Shown here: in pieces, positions 37,841 through 49,870 of the stretch
Layout: the number at the start of each line of letters is the position of its first letter
How positions within the stretch are numbered: position 1 is the stretch's first letter
NCBI RefSeq assembly: GCF_006345805.1
Contig: NC_042997.1
Location: 156,240,001 to 156,304,000, forward strand
Reading direction: 5' to 3'
DNA length: 64,000 bases
From: Octopus sinensis
Taxonomy: Eukaryota
Notes under the pieces: generated by a model
What the model was told of the DNA's origin: nothing
What the model saw: only the letters and a program-made list of their open reading frames with translations
Databases searched by the model: none
Program-made: the position numbers and the translations under genes

Positions 37841-38207
37841 AAAACAAGGGCACTCATAAAGCATAAACCTCAACCAAGGCAACACCAGCGTCCTCTCAAC
37901 AATTAACCAAAGAGGATTTTTAAAATGAGAGTATCTAAAATAAACTCAACTGCTCTCACAAATAAAAATACTAAAAATTAAACCGACTGCTCTCAAAAAT
38001 TAAGTTAAAAAAATGGAAAAATAATCCAGAAGCCTTGTCTGGTACCAGATCAATCCCAAAATTTAATCAGTTTGTGCCAGTCACAAAGCCAAACATTCCT
38101 GAAAATTTCATCTGAATTCATCCAGTGGTTCTTGAGATATCTTGTCTACAGAAGAAAAAAACACGACTGAAAGCAATACCTCCCCCTTTGCTAAGGCAGA
38201 GGTAATA
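37841..38207 (+). mobile_element. Helentron-associated (HINE-like) non-autonomous element
   Basis: 5' aacaagggca; body with aatttcatc..attcatccagtggttcttgagatatc; 3' subterminal hairpin aatacctcc...gaggtaat. Confidence 0.45.
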
Positions 38208-38793
38208 AACAATAGAATCCAAAGAAAAAGTGCTGGTTGTTGTTGGTAATGCATGAGTAATTAGTAATGAGGATAGAATCAATTGTTTACTGTGTGAAAA
38301 AGGAAGATATTAAGGTTTTGGACACAAAGAGAGTGATGGTATCTGATGGGCACTGAATACAATAAACTGGAGGGGTCGGGGTAAAGTCCCAGAAATTCTA
38401 ATTAATAACGTAAATGACAGGATACAAGGAAACTAGTGGTGATCTGAATTTATCAAAAGATACAGGCTGTGCCCTTTGTTAGAAAACTAGTAATAAATGA
38501 GTTATTAAATTATATCATCAACATCATTGTTTTAACATCCACTTTTCTATGCTCACATGGATTGAATGGAATTTGGTGAGGTAGATTTTCTATGGCCAGA
38601 TGCTCTCCCTGTCACAAACCCTACCTGTTTTTAAGTAAGGTAATATTTTCCTACAACCAGACATGTTTTCACAGAATATTGGAAATGAAGGACACTTTTT
38701 GCATTATGCTGACAATCATATACAACTATCTCATGTTGTCAAGGAGACAGTAACATGCAGATGCACACACACACACACACACACACACATGCA

Positions 38794-38827
<34 letters not shown>

Positions 38828-40693
38828 TAGATAAATAAGTAGATAGATGTGTGTGTGCATGTGTGTGTACAATGAGCTTCTTTCAGTTTTCTGTGTACCA
38901 AATACACCTCCACGGCTTTGGTTGTTTGGTCAGCCTGGGGCTATACTATAAGACGTTTTGCCCAAGGTGGCAAACAGTGGGAATGAACTTAGGACCATGG
39001 GGTTGGGAAGCAAGCAAATTCTTACCACAGTTATGCATGCACCAAAGTGTATGTGTGTGTGTGAATATTATTTTAATGTATTTTTAGCGATGCGTGTATT
39101 GATGGTGTGACCCTATACTGAAAGTAGAATCAACTTTATTTATTGTGAAACTGAAGTGGAATGGGGATATAAGAACTATCAAATTACTCATTATCATTTG
39201 CAGTTACATTACCACCCCATTATTAGCTAGTATGAAATTTACCATAAGTAATACTTTTATTCATTTAACTAATTACTCTAAAGTAATTAGTTGAATTTTT
39301 TCATTTAATTTATATTAATCATTCCAGAGGCTTCTAATGGCATTGAATAATTCAATCACTCTTAATAACAAACAGATTCATAAAATACTTGTAATATTCA
39401 TTAATATATCATATATTTTAAATTGTAATTCTAATATACAATATAATAACCACAAATGAGATTTTGATGAAGAATTTTAAAAATGTAAACTTATAGAAGT
39501 CCTATCCTATGATGGACATATATGCACACGTTTGTTTTAGAAACTGACATCCACTCCCAAACCCACATATACACCTATATTTTACCTTTATCTTATACGT
39601 GTTTCAGTTGTTGGACTGTGGCCATGCTGAGGCACTGCGTTGAAGTGATTAGTTGAAAAAATGAACTCCAGTGCTTACTATTTTTTATGTAAATACTATT
39701 GATTTCTTTTGCTGAACTGCTAAGTTATAGGGGCATAAACAAAACCAACACAGGTTGTTAGGCAGTGGTAGGAAGACAAACATAAAAACACTCACACACA
39801 GACACACGCACACATACATACACACACACACACATACACACATATGATGGGCTTCCACACAGTTTCTATCGAATAAATTTGCTCACAAGACATTGATCTG
39901 CCTGGGGCTTTAGTAGCAGGCACTTTTCCAAAGAGCAGTGCAGTGAGACTGAACTCAAAGTCACATTGCTACAAGTGGAATTCCATACAAAGTCTACAAG
40001 AACTGTTCAAAGCTACTCCATTCGCTTTAAGAAGGCCCTGAACATGATCTGAAGGAAAGAGAAGATTGTCCAATCATGGAGATATGCTGAAGGGATATAC
40101 ATACCCAAAGAGGTGAGGGCTGAGAATATCAACCAATTTTGCATTATCTCTTTTCTCAATGTGGAATAAGATTTTTTTTTCAGGATTGTGTCCAAAAAAC
40201 AGTTTTCTGCGAACAATAAATACATCAGTACAGAAAGGAAGTATACTAGGTCTCTAGTTCCCTTGAAAACACAAGAAAGGAGTGGGTGGAGGTTAGATGT
40301 GCTGTGGCTGGGTCTGACAATGCTTGTGGCACAATATCACATAAGCTAGTTGAATTTTCAACTATGTATTCCCAGAAAGTAAAAGGCTGCCTTGTGGACT
40401 ACTACAGTAAGTCCAGACTGGGGGGGGGGGTTACTCTGGTCACATGACATCTGACTTGTGTCAACTAGAATTGGGTGGGGATATTAACTGAGTGCAGTAT
40501 CTCAGTGTCTCTTTTTATGTTTGCAAGAGTCATGTTAACCAAGTCAGCAGAGAAGGCATGCTGGGATCCACACAGCCAGACAGATGTAAGGCAATCATCC
40601 ATCAGAGCTTTCATGGACGACCTCATGGTGACAACAACAATAATGCTGAGAGATAAGTGGATCCTCCATGAACTTGAGAAGTTTGTGGCATGG

Positions 40694-40947
40694 GAATGAG
40701 TTGCATGTCAGTTATATGAAATTACATGTCAGTGTACTTCATTTTTTTTCTTTTTTCTTTTTTTCTTTCTGTTAAGATTATATAGGACTGAGGTAACTCC
40801 TCCAGAAGTTATAGAGAAATAAATAGAAGTGTGCCATAGTTATCATGTGAAATTTGTTGAACGATATTTCGGCATCTAGCATGCCTTCTACAGGTTCAAA
40901 AATTACATGTCAGTCTACTTCATTTTTCATTTTTTTGTTTAGATTAT
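40694..40947 (-). mobile_element. Dispersed ~1.4-unit copy of the 161-bp HHR repeat inserted in the HERO RT
   Basis: 40768-40947 matches 1329-1500. It is flanked by a diverged duplication: atgaacttgagaagtttgtggcatgg (40668-40693) and atgaattagagaagcttgtggtatgg (40948-40973). Confidence 0.88.
40857..40899 (-). ncRNA. Minimal hammerhead ribozyme, core variant CUGUAGA
   Basis: UUGAAC-CUGUAGA-A-GGCAU GCUAG AUGCC-GAAA-UAUC-GUUCAA. Confidence 0.7.
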
Positions 40948-42226
40948 ATGAATTAGAGAAGCTTGTGGTATGGATGAGTTTCAAATCTGCCAAGTTTTGG
41001 TGCATGGTTTTGAAGAAAGAAAATGTTGCCAATGAATTTTACTTCAAGGTAGGAGAATATCAGATCCTATCTATTATAGAAAAACCTGTCTTGGGAAGGT
41101 CCTCAACTGCAATCTAAAGGACACTGACTCAATTAAAGCAAGCAGGGCAGACTTGGAAAGCTGCCTGAGAGCTGCAAGCAAGTCTGGTTTACCAGGTGGA
41201 TTAAAGGCTTGGGTAAACTAAAATGGTGTCTTTCCAAGAATACGCTGGTCCCTGCTTGTCTGTGACATCCTCAATGACAGTAGTAAGGGCTTAGAGCACA
41301 TGGCCAGTAGCCACCTTTGCAGATGTGAGTTTGTTACACAGTTTGAGCAGTATTGTGCTGTATGAAAGCAGAAACAAGCACAAGTTCTCATTCAGTTCTG
41401 TCAGAGAGGAATTCATGATGTTGCATGTATAAGAACACCTGCAGAACCCCAGTTCTAGAGACACCAAGGTGTTGTGCAGGGATTGTAGTGAGAACAAGGA
41501 GTAAGTAGAAAGCAGCCAAGCTGGACCAGCTGGCAGTGGAGCAGCTAAAATGCAAAGCCCAACTTTGGAGGGCATGGCAGGATTGGATTTAGAAGTTTGA
41601 CAACAACCCATTATGATGTGGTTAGCAAGAAGAAGAGGTGGAAGTAAGTGCAGGAGGAGACACAAACATATGTGGAGGAAGGGCAAGCAAGCAGAGTAGC
41701 TATGTAGAAACAGGATGCCCGAAGGATGTGGAAGTAGGCAGTGGAGTGGAATGTCACTCGGAAGTGGGACCTACAAAGGATCAATTTCTTTATCCAAGAG
41801 GTTTATTATGCCCTTCCCAACCCATTAACTTATTTACATGGGGCTTAGTAGAAATTCCTGCATTACTCTTGAATTCTGAGAACATCTTAAGCAGATGCTC
41901 CAAGGTACTGAGTGAAGGACCATCACTGGAGACATGAACAGGTCCTCAAGAGTATCACTGAAGCAACCAGCAAGAAGTTCAGAAAAAAAGTGCTGGCTCT
42001 ATAGCCTGGAGTAAAACCTTTATTATCAAGAAGGGAGAGAAGCCAATGAAAAAGCCCAAAAGCAGCTCTGGGGTATTATTTTCCATAGTATGGGACATGG
42101 GGATGTAAGCTGATAAAATCCCATTCACAAGGTGACTAAAGAATATCCAAGTTGTTTATACAGTGACATCAAACCCAGAGCTCTATAGTGAATTTCTTAA
42201 CCACATAGTCATGACTGCACTAGTGT

Positions 42227-42270
<44 letters not shown>

Positions 42271-42297
42271 GTTGGTGGTGTTGGTGGTGTGGTGGTG

Positions 42298-42355
<58 letters not shown>

Positions 42356-42360
42356 CAGCA

Positions 42361-42570
42361 GCCGTTCAAGAATTTGGATCTGGAGATCTCCATTTCCAGC
42401 GACTTTGAGGGCCATCACCCAGTGGTATCGGGCGTCAACGAAGAGCCCTCGACTACAACAAGACGACCAAAGTTTTTTTTTTCCAAGGTCTGGGGTCTCC
42501 CGCCCCTAAGCCCTAGACCATCACCTAATCACCCTTACCCATTTTGTTGCCTAACAACAACAGCAACAAC
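42361..42570 (+). mobile_element. Unclassified ~193-bp element with (AAC)n tail, copy 2
   Basis: Matches 27259-27470; sits between (TAG)n/(GGT)n and (AAC)/(GCA)n tracts. Confidence 0.8.
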
Positions 42571-43905
42571 AGCAGCAGCAGCAGTAGTGGAGGTGGTTGT
42601 GGTTGTTGTTGTGGTGGTGGTGGTAGTAGTGATGTTCTGTCTTAGTAATCATTTTAGAAATCACTGACTTTAACTGCTGTATCCTAAAGGAAGACATTAA
42701 CAAGTTTTGCATTTTTTAACCTTCTATCAGCATCTGAGAAAAAGTATATAAATATATGTGTAGGAAGTACAACAATTCCAAAGTGAATGAAAAACAAACT
42801 TGTAATAAGACTATCTAAATCTTTGTGCTTAATCTTGCACTATGATTTCAGTTGCAGCCAACCAAAGTTATATACAGTCGAATGAAACAAGACAGGTTAC
42901 CATAGAAACTGACTTGAAACTGGTATTGACTGGTTGGTTGGAATAAATCCATTCTGTCAACTGCTCTCTGCATAAGCTAAGCAATTCCAAGTGAAGACTA
43001 TATTGTCTTCATATATTTTACACATCTTACATGTACATATAATGTCCATGTATTTAGATGTGTACCACAAATATGACCACATACACACACACAAATACAG
43101 GTGTATAAGCACTAATATTATGAAGCATATATATTATATATATATATATATATGGACACAGTTGTTCCTTCCTTATTTCATTCTATCTATATATTTACCT
43201 TTCAGCTTTTCTTGCTTGCAATCTTACAATAAGGCATTGAGTGGTAGAATTCATAATAGTAGACTTAAGCTAATCAATAGATTTGAGCAAAGGCCATGCA
43301 AGAGAACAGATGACAAATTCTTGGAAGAAATTTGATAGACAAGACCTGATCTATTTACTAAAAGGCAAAAAAAAAAAGCAAAAACAAATTCTTCTATATA
43401 AGATTTCATCTCGAATATACCCCATCTTTACTGTCATTTTCTTGAAGAGAAGTGAATTTTTTTGCTATTTTTGAATCATTAACTATGTCTCCTCAAACCA
43501 GTTCTGTGTGTGTATGTGTGTGTTGTGTGTGTGTGCATGCGTGTTTGTGTGTCTGCACGTGTACAGGCATATGGACACCCTCTTATCTTATATAATGATC
43601 TCAGTGCATTCTTGAGAAGTGAAGTTAAGTGAAACAACGTTACAAGAGGTCATTAATACATGACAGAAAAGAAAATGTTTACTAGAGTAAACACATGAAC
43701 ACAGCCGAAGACTAATTTGGAATAATAAACGTAAAATCCCCAATAATTCTATTTTAAGATATTTTTAAATAAATAATAACCAAAAAAAAACAAAAACAAA
43801 AAGAAAACGATGGTAAATTATTAGGATAAATCAGAATCTGAATATGTAAGTATGAGTGGGAATGTATGTATACACTCATTATATACTCATGTGTAAGATT
43901 ACAGA

Positions 43906-44105
43906 TGTATGTATGTATGTATGTATGTATGTATGTATGTATGTATGTATGCATGTATGTATGTATGTATGTATGCGTGTGTATGTATGTATGTATGTAT
44001 GTATGTACGTACGTACGTACGTATGTATGTATGTATGTATGTATGTATGTATGTATGTATGTATGTATGTAGTATGCATGTATGTTTGTATGTATGTGTA
44101 CGTAC

Positions 44106-44136
<31 letters not shown>

Positions 44137-44198
44137 TGTACATACGTACATACGTATGTATATATGTATGTATGTATGTATGTATGTGTGTGTGTGTA

Positions 44199-44229
<31 letters not shown>

Positions 44230-44300
44230 ATGTATGTGTGTGTGTGTGTGTATGTATGTATGTAGGTATGTATGTATGTATGTATGTATGTATGTATGTA
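43906..44300. repeat. Compound (TATG)n/(TG)n microsatellite
   Basis: Direct reading; it explains the overlapping MYVC/YIHT ORFs. Confidence 0.97.
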
Positions 44301-44568
44301 TGGTTGACACTGCTGATTCATTTTATCACTATGCAGAGTTTCTTGCTCTGTGCAACCATTCAAGCAACAAGAAGATGAATCAATAAAAGACGTATAAATG
44401 AACTCTACTGTCTTATTGAGTACTTTTTCTCTTGGTTATATATATCCAAACAGATATATGTGTGTAGGTACAGGCATGGGCTGTATGGTTAAGGAGCTTA
44501 TTTCACAATGATGTGATCTTGTGTTCAATCCCACTGCAAGGCACTTTGGACAAATGCCTTCTACTATA

Positions 44569-44801
44569 TATTTCTTTATTGTCTACAAGGGGCTAAACAC
44601 AGAGGGGACAAACAAGGACAGACAAAGGGATTAAGTCGATTACATCGACCCCAGTGCGTAACTGGTACTTAATTTATCGACCCCGAAAGGATAAAAGGCA
44701 AAGTCGACCTCGGCGGAATTTGAACTCAGAACATAACGGCAGACGAAATACGGCTATGCATTTCACCTGGTGTGCTAACGTTTCTGCCAGCTCACCACCT
44801 T
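44569..44801 (-). mobile_element. Young SINE family B copy with perfect 16-bp TSD, nested in a family A SINE
   Basis: aatgccttctactata at 44553-44568 and 44802-44817; CpG-rich body. Confidence 0.92.
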
Positions 44802-45172
44802 AATGCCTTCTACTATAGCCTCCAGGCTGACTAAAGTCTTGTGAATGGATTTGGAAGAAGCTCATTGTGTGTGTGTGTATGTGTACATGTCTGTGTGTGT
44901 GTGAACATGTGTGTGTGTGTGTGCACATGTGTGTGTGTGTGCATACCTTTGACTTGACATCACATGGTGATTGTAAATGAGCACCACCATCGTACAAGAT
45001 TGGAGCTTGTTTTCAGTCTTCTAGGAAAAACATATCTGGGGATAGGGAAATATTACCTTGCTTGGAAACATGTGAGGAGTGGCAACAGGAAGGGCACCCA
45101 GCAGTATAAAATCTACCTCAACAAATTCTGTCTGATCCATACAAGTATGGAAAAATGAATCATATAATAATA

Positions 45173-46050
45173 ATAATGAAATTATTATGTATAGTGCTCA
45201 GGTGCACCACAACTCATCAAAGATGCATTTATAGTAGATAGAATTATGCGCAAAAGTCAGGAAAGTGAGCAGTGTATGAGTCATGATATACATGTATGTA
45301 TGTGTATGGAGGTGGGATATCAGATGTAGTGTTAACAAGTTTCAGGAAGCATAGAGGTTTTAAAGGATGCAATGTCTTGGCAACTAACTACTGATGCAGG
45401 TAGTTTGTTTGATGCAACAACAACTCTTAGTGTAAAAAAATGTTTCCAAAAGTCATGGGAGCTGAACTGTTTTCTGACTTTGTCGGCCGATCCATGTATG
45501 TTAGACACATGGAGCTCAAAAAGGTGCTCAAGGTGGTTGTTGGCCAGATGGTTAATAATTTTGTGAGTGTTTACCAAGTCAGTTGCCAGATGCTGCAGCC
45601 TAGAAAAGCAAAGCATTCAGAGTATGGTAGATGCCTGATGGAGTGTATTCATTTGGTTGCACATCTTTGAACAGTTTCCAGGAGGTCAATGCCCTGAGCA
45701 AGATAGGGGTTCTAGGCTGGTGATGCAAATTCTAAGTATGGTGGCACCATAGCCATATACAGTCTTAAGTAGATAGCTGGAAAGTGGATGAAAAAGGTCT
45801 TGCTGAGTGATACCAAGATACTCTCGGCCTTCTTGACAATTTTAGAGATGTGCTTTGTCCAGTGCAAATTGCTATTAATAGTAATGCCCAGGTCATGTTC
45901 ACAAGAAGACTTCTTGATATCAGTATGTGGAGAGAGTATGTGGACGCTGGGTTTTTACTCCCCAAATGCATGGTGGTACACTTGTCCACAGCCAGCTTAT
46001 CCTGTTTGTGATTCTCTGCTAAACAGAGTCAAGGTATGACCAGGAAGATG
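45173..46050 (-). pseudogene. CR1-clade LINE 3' fragment, degraded
   Basis: KCTTMHLG.KNP, DLGITINSNLHWTKHISKIVKKA, LRLYMAMV.PYLEFA, LETVQRCATK and HFFTLRVV motifs. Confidence 0.85.
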
Positions 46051-46740
46051 GATTTACAAGCCACGCCTTATAGTTCAGCCAACTCCTTGTATGTCAAAGG
46101 ACTGCTCAATCAGTGATTGACCTGGGGCTCCACAATAACACAGATATATACACAAGCCAATGAGGAAGCATTTACATAGTCATTCAACCTGCTAGAAATA
46201 GCAACCAAATCTCCTTCATATCACATCCAATTGTGTTAAAAAGGGGTAAACATGAGACAATTGAGTCCTAGGTATACAAAAAATGAGATAGTCATATTTT
46301 AAGTGCTTAATCATAAGACTGCTCAATCAGGAGTGACTTGGGAGTTAAACAACACTCACTAGTTTATTATATACATGAGCTGGCATTGTCATTAGGATAC
46401 AGGACAAAATGTTAGTGGCATTTCTTCTGGTTTTACATGCTGAGTTCAAATGCTACCAAGATTGACTTTGCCTTTCATCCTTTTGAGATCAATGAAATAA
46501 GTTCAAGTTAAGCACTGGGGTCAATGTAATCAATTAATTCCCTCTCCCAAAATTTCAGGGTTTGTGCCTTGCCTATAGTAGTTAAGATTATTTATATTCA
46601 TGAGCCAATAAGCATAATACAATTGCTTAGGATTGTCAGGATTATATACAAGTGCCAGTGAGGAAACCTCTACATGGTCACTCTGCTCATTAGAAATAGC
46701 TACCAAATCTCTTTTATACCACACCTTACTCTTCAAGAAG

Positions 46741-46986
46741 AGTGATTCTCAACAATTTTTTTTCCATATAGACCCCCTTAGGTTTCTAATTTTACTTGGA
46801 TGGACCCTCATAGCCATTCAATGTTTTTTAAAAAAACCTATTATATTTTAATGATTAAATATTATTAGGAATTGTATGAAAAAAATTGTTAAAATATTAT
46901 GAGTATTGTAGAAGTGTAACCAATTTATGTCACAAGACCTTAGATGGACCCCCAAGGGTCATGTGGACCCTAATTGAGAACCACTA
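46741..46986. mobile_element. hAT/Charlie-like MITE
   Basis: Termini agtgattctcaac ... ttgagaaccact. Confidence 0.55.
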
Positions 46987-47559
46987 TACTAAATTGACTA
47001 AGCTTTATTAGAAAAAGTTTGAATGTCTTTCATTATTGGTTGATTTCACTGAGAACTAACCTGGGGCTAAACAACATAGGTTTATTACATATATGAGCGA
47101 ACAAAGAAACTTCTAAATAATATTTGTTTGTTCTGACCTGCTAAAAATAGAAGTCAAAGTTATCTCATATCACGCTTTACTGTATCAATTACAGAAAGGA
47201 TACACTGGCTAGTGCTGCATTGGATAGACAATGTTAGGAAAAATAAAATCAAAAGAAAAGATGGTCAAGGCTGAAATGACCATGAGACTGTTATCTTTAG
47301 CAACAGTAAACAAAGGAGCCTCAAAAGGGTCATTTAACTTTCTAGAAATCACAGCTATGGATGTGCAGTTAGGAAACTTACTTCTCAACCATATATGTGG
47401 CACCTTGGGTAAGTGTCTTCTGCTATAGCCTTGCGCCAACCAAAGCCTTGTGATTGAATTTAGTATGCTGAAGTTCCCCTCATGTGTATCTGTGTGTGAA
47501 AGTGTTTGTGCCTCCTTTAACCCTTTAGCATTTAAGCTGACCATATCCAGCCTGAATAT

Positions 47560-47900
47560 CATCATCATCATCATCTTTTAACGTCTGTTTTCCATGCTAG
47601 CATGGGTTGGACGGTTCGACCGGGGTCTGGGAAGCCAGGAAGCTGCACCAGGCTCCAGTCTGATCTGGCAGTGTTTCTGCAGCTGGATGCCCTTCCTAAC
47701 GCCAACCACTCCTTGAGTGTAGTGGGTGCTTTTTACGTGCCACCGGTACAGGTGTCAGGTGAGGCTGGCAACAGCCATGATCGGTTGGTGCTTTTTATGT
47801 GCCATCAGCACAGAAGCCAGTCAAGGTGTCGCTGGCATCAGTCACGTTTGGATGGTGCTTTTTACGTGCCACCAGCACAGGTATTTTACGTGCCTTTAAA
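47560..47900 (-). mobile_element. RTE-type 3' end / related SINE with (GAT)n tail; similar copies near 18390 and 59160
   Basis: catcatcat-tttaacgtc..tttccatgctagcatgggttggac..gctggatgcccttcctaacgccaacc block. Confidence 0.75.
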
Positions 47901-48777
47901 TTTAAATCAGCCAGATCAGGCCTCTCATATCTACTATACAATGTCATTTTAAAAGTAAACATTCTATAAGCAAACAATCTTTAAAAAAAAACCCAAAAGA
48001 CAAAGGATATATTAGATTATGCAGTTCTAGATTACAACAAAAAAAAGGAAAAAAAAAAAGAGAAAAAAGAAAATAAGATGGGATGGTCATGACTGGAACA
48101 TATTTGAACAGTGATCTCTCCTTTGAAAATTCCATGCTTCCCAAACTTCGCCATCATTCCATCTAATGGTTCTTTTATTATTAACTTTTCTCTTTTTGCG
48201 GTTTTTTTTTCTGTATACTGCGTATCCTTTGTCTTTTATTTGTTTCAGTCATTTGAGTATGGCCATGCTGGGGCACTGCCCTGAAGTATTTTCAGTGGAT
48301 TGAATTGGACCCTGAAATTATTTTCTGTTTTTAAAACCCGATAATTATTCTACCAGTCTCTTTTGCTGAACCACTAAGTTACAGATAAGTAATCATAGCA
48401 ACAATGGCTACCTAGCAGTGGTAGAGGACAAACACAGACACAAGTGCACACACATGCATGCATGCACACACGCAGGCATGCACACACACACACACACACA
48501 TAATGAGTTTCTTTCAGTTTCTGTCTGCCAAATCCACTCATAAGACTTTGGCCAACCTGAAGCTATAATAAAAAACACTTGCCTGAGGTGCCACACAGTG
48601 AGACTGAACCTGGAACCATTCAGTTGGGAAGCAAACTTCTTACCACACTGCCACACCTGTGCCTCTCTGTCCATTAAGCTTTCATTTCTCTCTTTCTATA
48701 CTTGGCTTATTGCTGCTTTGTGTCCCCCACCATTTAAAAAAAAATCTTTTCCAATGAGTTGTTGCATATTTGAACAC

Positions 48778-49284
48778 ATGTATCTAGGACAATATTTCTC
48801 ACTGTGTATTTCTTTTAAGATGGTAATGTGTGCGTGATTTGTGGGAGATCTAGTTGTTAATTTCAGCAGGTCAAGTGAGTCACAAATGTTGTTTAAGTTT
48901 AGATCAGGTCTTATTAAGCAGACTTATGATTGAAGGCATTCCAGCAACGACTATTCTGACATTTTTTTCAGGCATATTATATCTAGGATTACATTATGCA
49001 ATATATTCTTCCTATTTTTGAGACAACAGGTGTTATTTGAGAGAGATTAAGCTTCTAATTCTAACGTATTAAGCAACCATGTAGGGGAATCTTTTCATTG
49101 GATCATTATTGTTGTTGCTATTATTTAGTCCAGGAAGGCTGCGAGCTGGCAGAAATATTAGCACACCGGGCGAAATGCTTAGCGGTATTTCATCTGTCTT
49201 TACATTCTGAGTTCAAATTCCACCGAGGTCGACTTTGCCTTTCATCCTTTCAGGGTCAATAAATTAAATACCAATTGAGTACTG
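48778..49284 (-). repeat. 507-bp inverted duplicate of 51377-51883
   Basis: No mismatch or indel found by eye; end coordinates sum consistently to 100661. Confidence 0.95.
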
Positions 49285-49870
49285 CTATGGACACTCCCCA
49301 CCTTCCTTCTTTTTTTCTAAACTATCTTTGCAGATTTCATCTTTTAGCTGTCTCAGACATGAAACTGAGGCCATGCTGGGGCAATGTCTTGAAGAGTTTT
49401 AGTTGAACAAATCAACCTCAGTATTTGTTTTTGATTTGATGCCTGGTACTTATTCTATCAGACTCTTTTCCCAAACTAATAAGTTATGGAAGACATAAAC
49501 AAGCCAAAATTGGTTGTCAGGCAGTGGGAATGAGGGGAAACACACACACAGACACACACACACACGTATATATAAGATGGGCTTCCACAAAGTTTTTGTT
49601 TACCCAAAATTCCCTCACAAGGCATAGGTTAGTACTAGGCTATTTGTAGAAGAGACTCATCCAAAATGCTACACAGTGGGACTAACCTAGAACCACATGA
49701 TTGCAAAGCAAGTTTCTCAACCACACAGCCATGTCCAGCACCAAAAAAAAAACTTTTAAAAAATAAAAAATTTAATTTTAGTTCTTTAACATGAATTGAA
49801 TGTTATATTGTCTCCTTTGCTCCGTTTTTAAAAGTTACATTTCTCTACCAGTGTTGTTGTTTAACCCTTT
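49283..49870 (+). repeat. ~585-bp direct duplicate of 52151-52733
   Basis: Differs only by a 7-bp indel, a 1-bp indel and one A-run length. Confidence 0.95.

Larger units (their letters stand above)
40007..42120 (+). mobile_element. Degraded HERO-like (R2/NeSL group) non-LTR retrotransposon
   Basis: WRYAEGIYIPKE..INQF.IISFLNVE, TSVQKG, SIRAFMDDLMVTTT, MSFKSAK..MVLKK, and C-terminal LFTWGLVE..ILSRCSKVLSEG..WRHEQVL. Confidence 0.8.
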
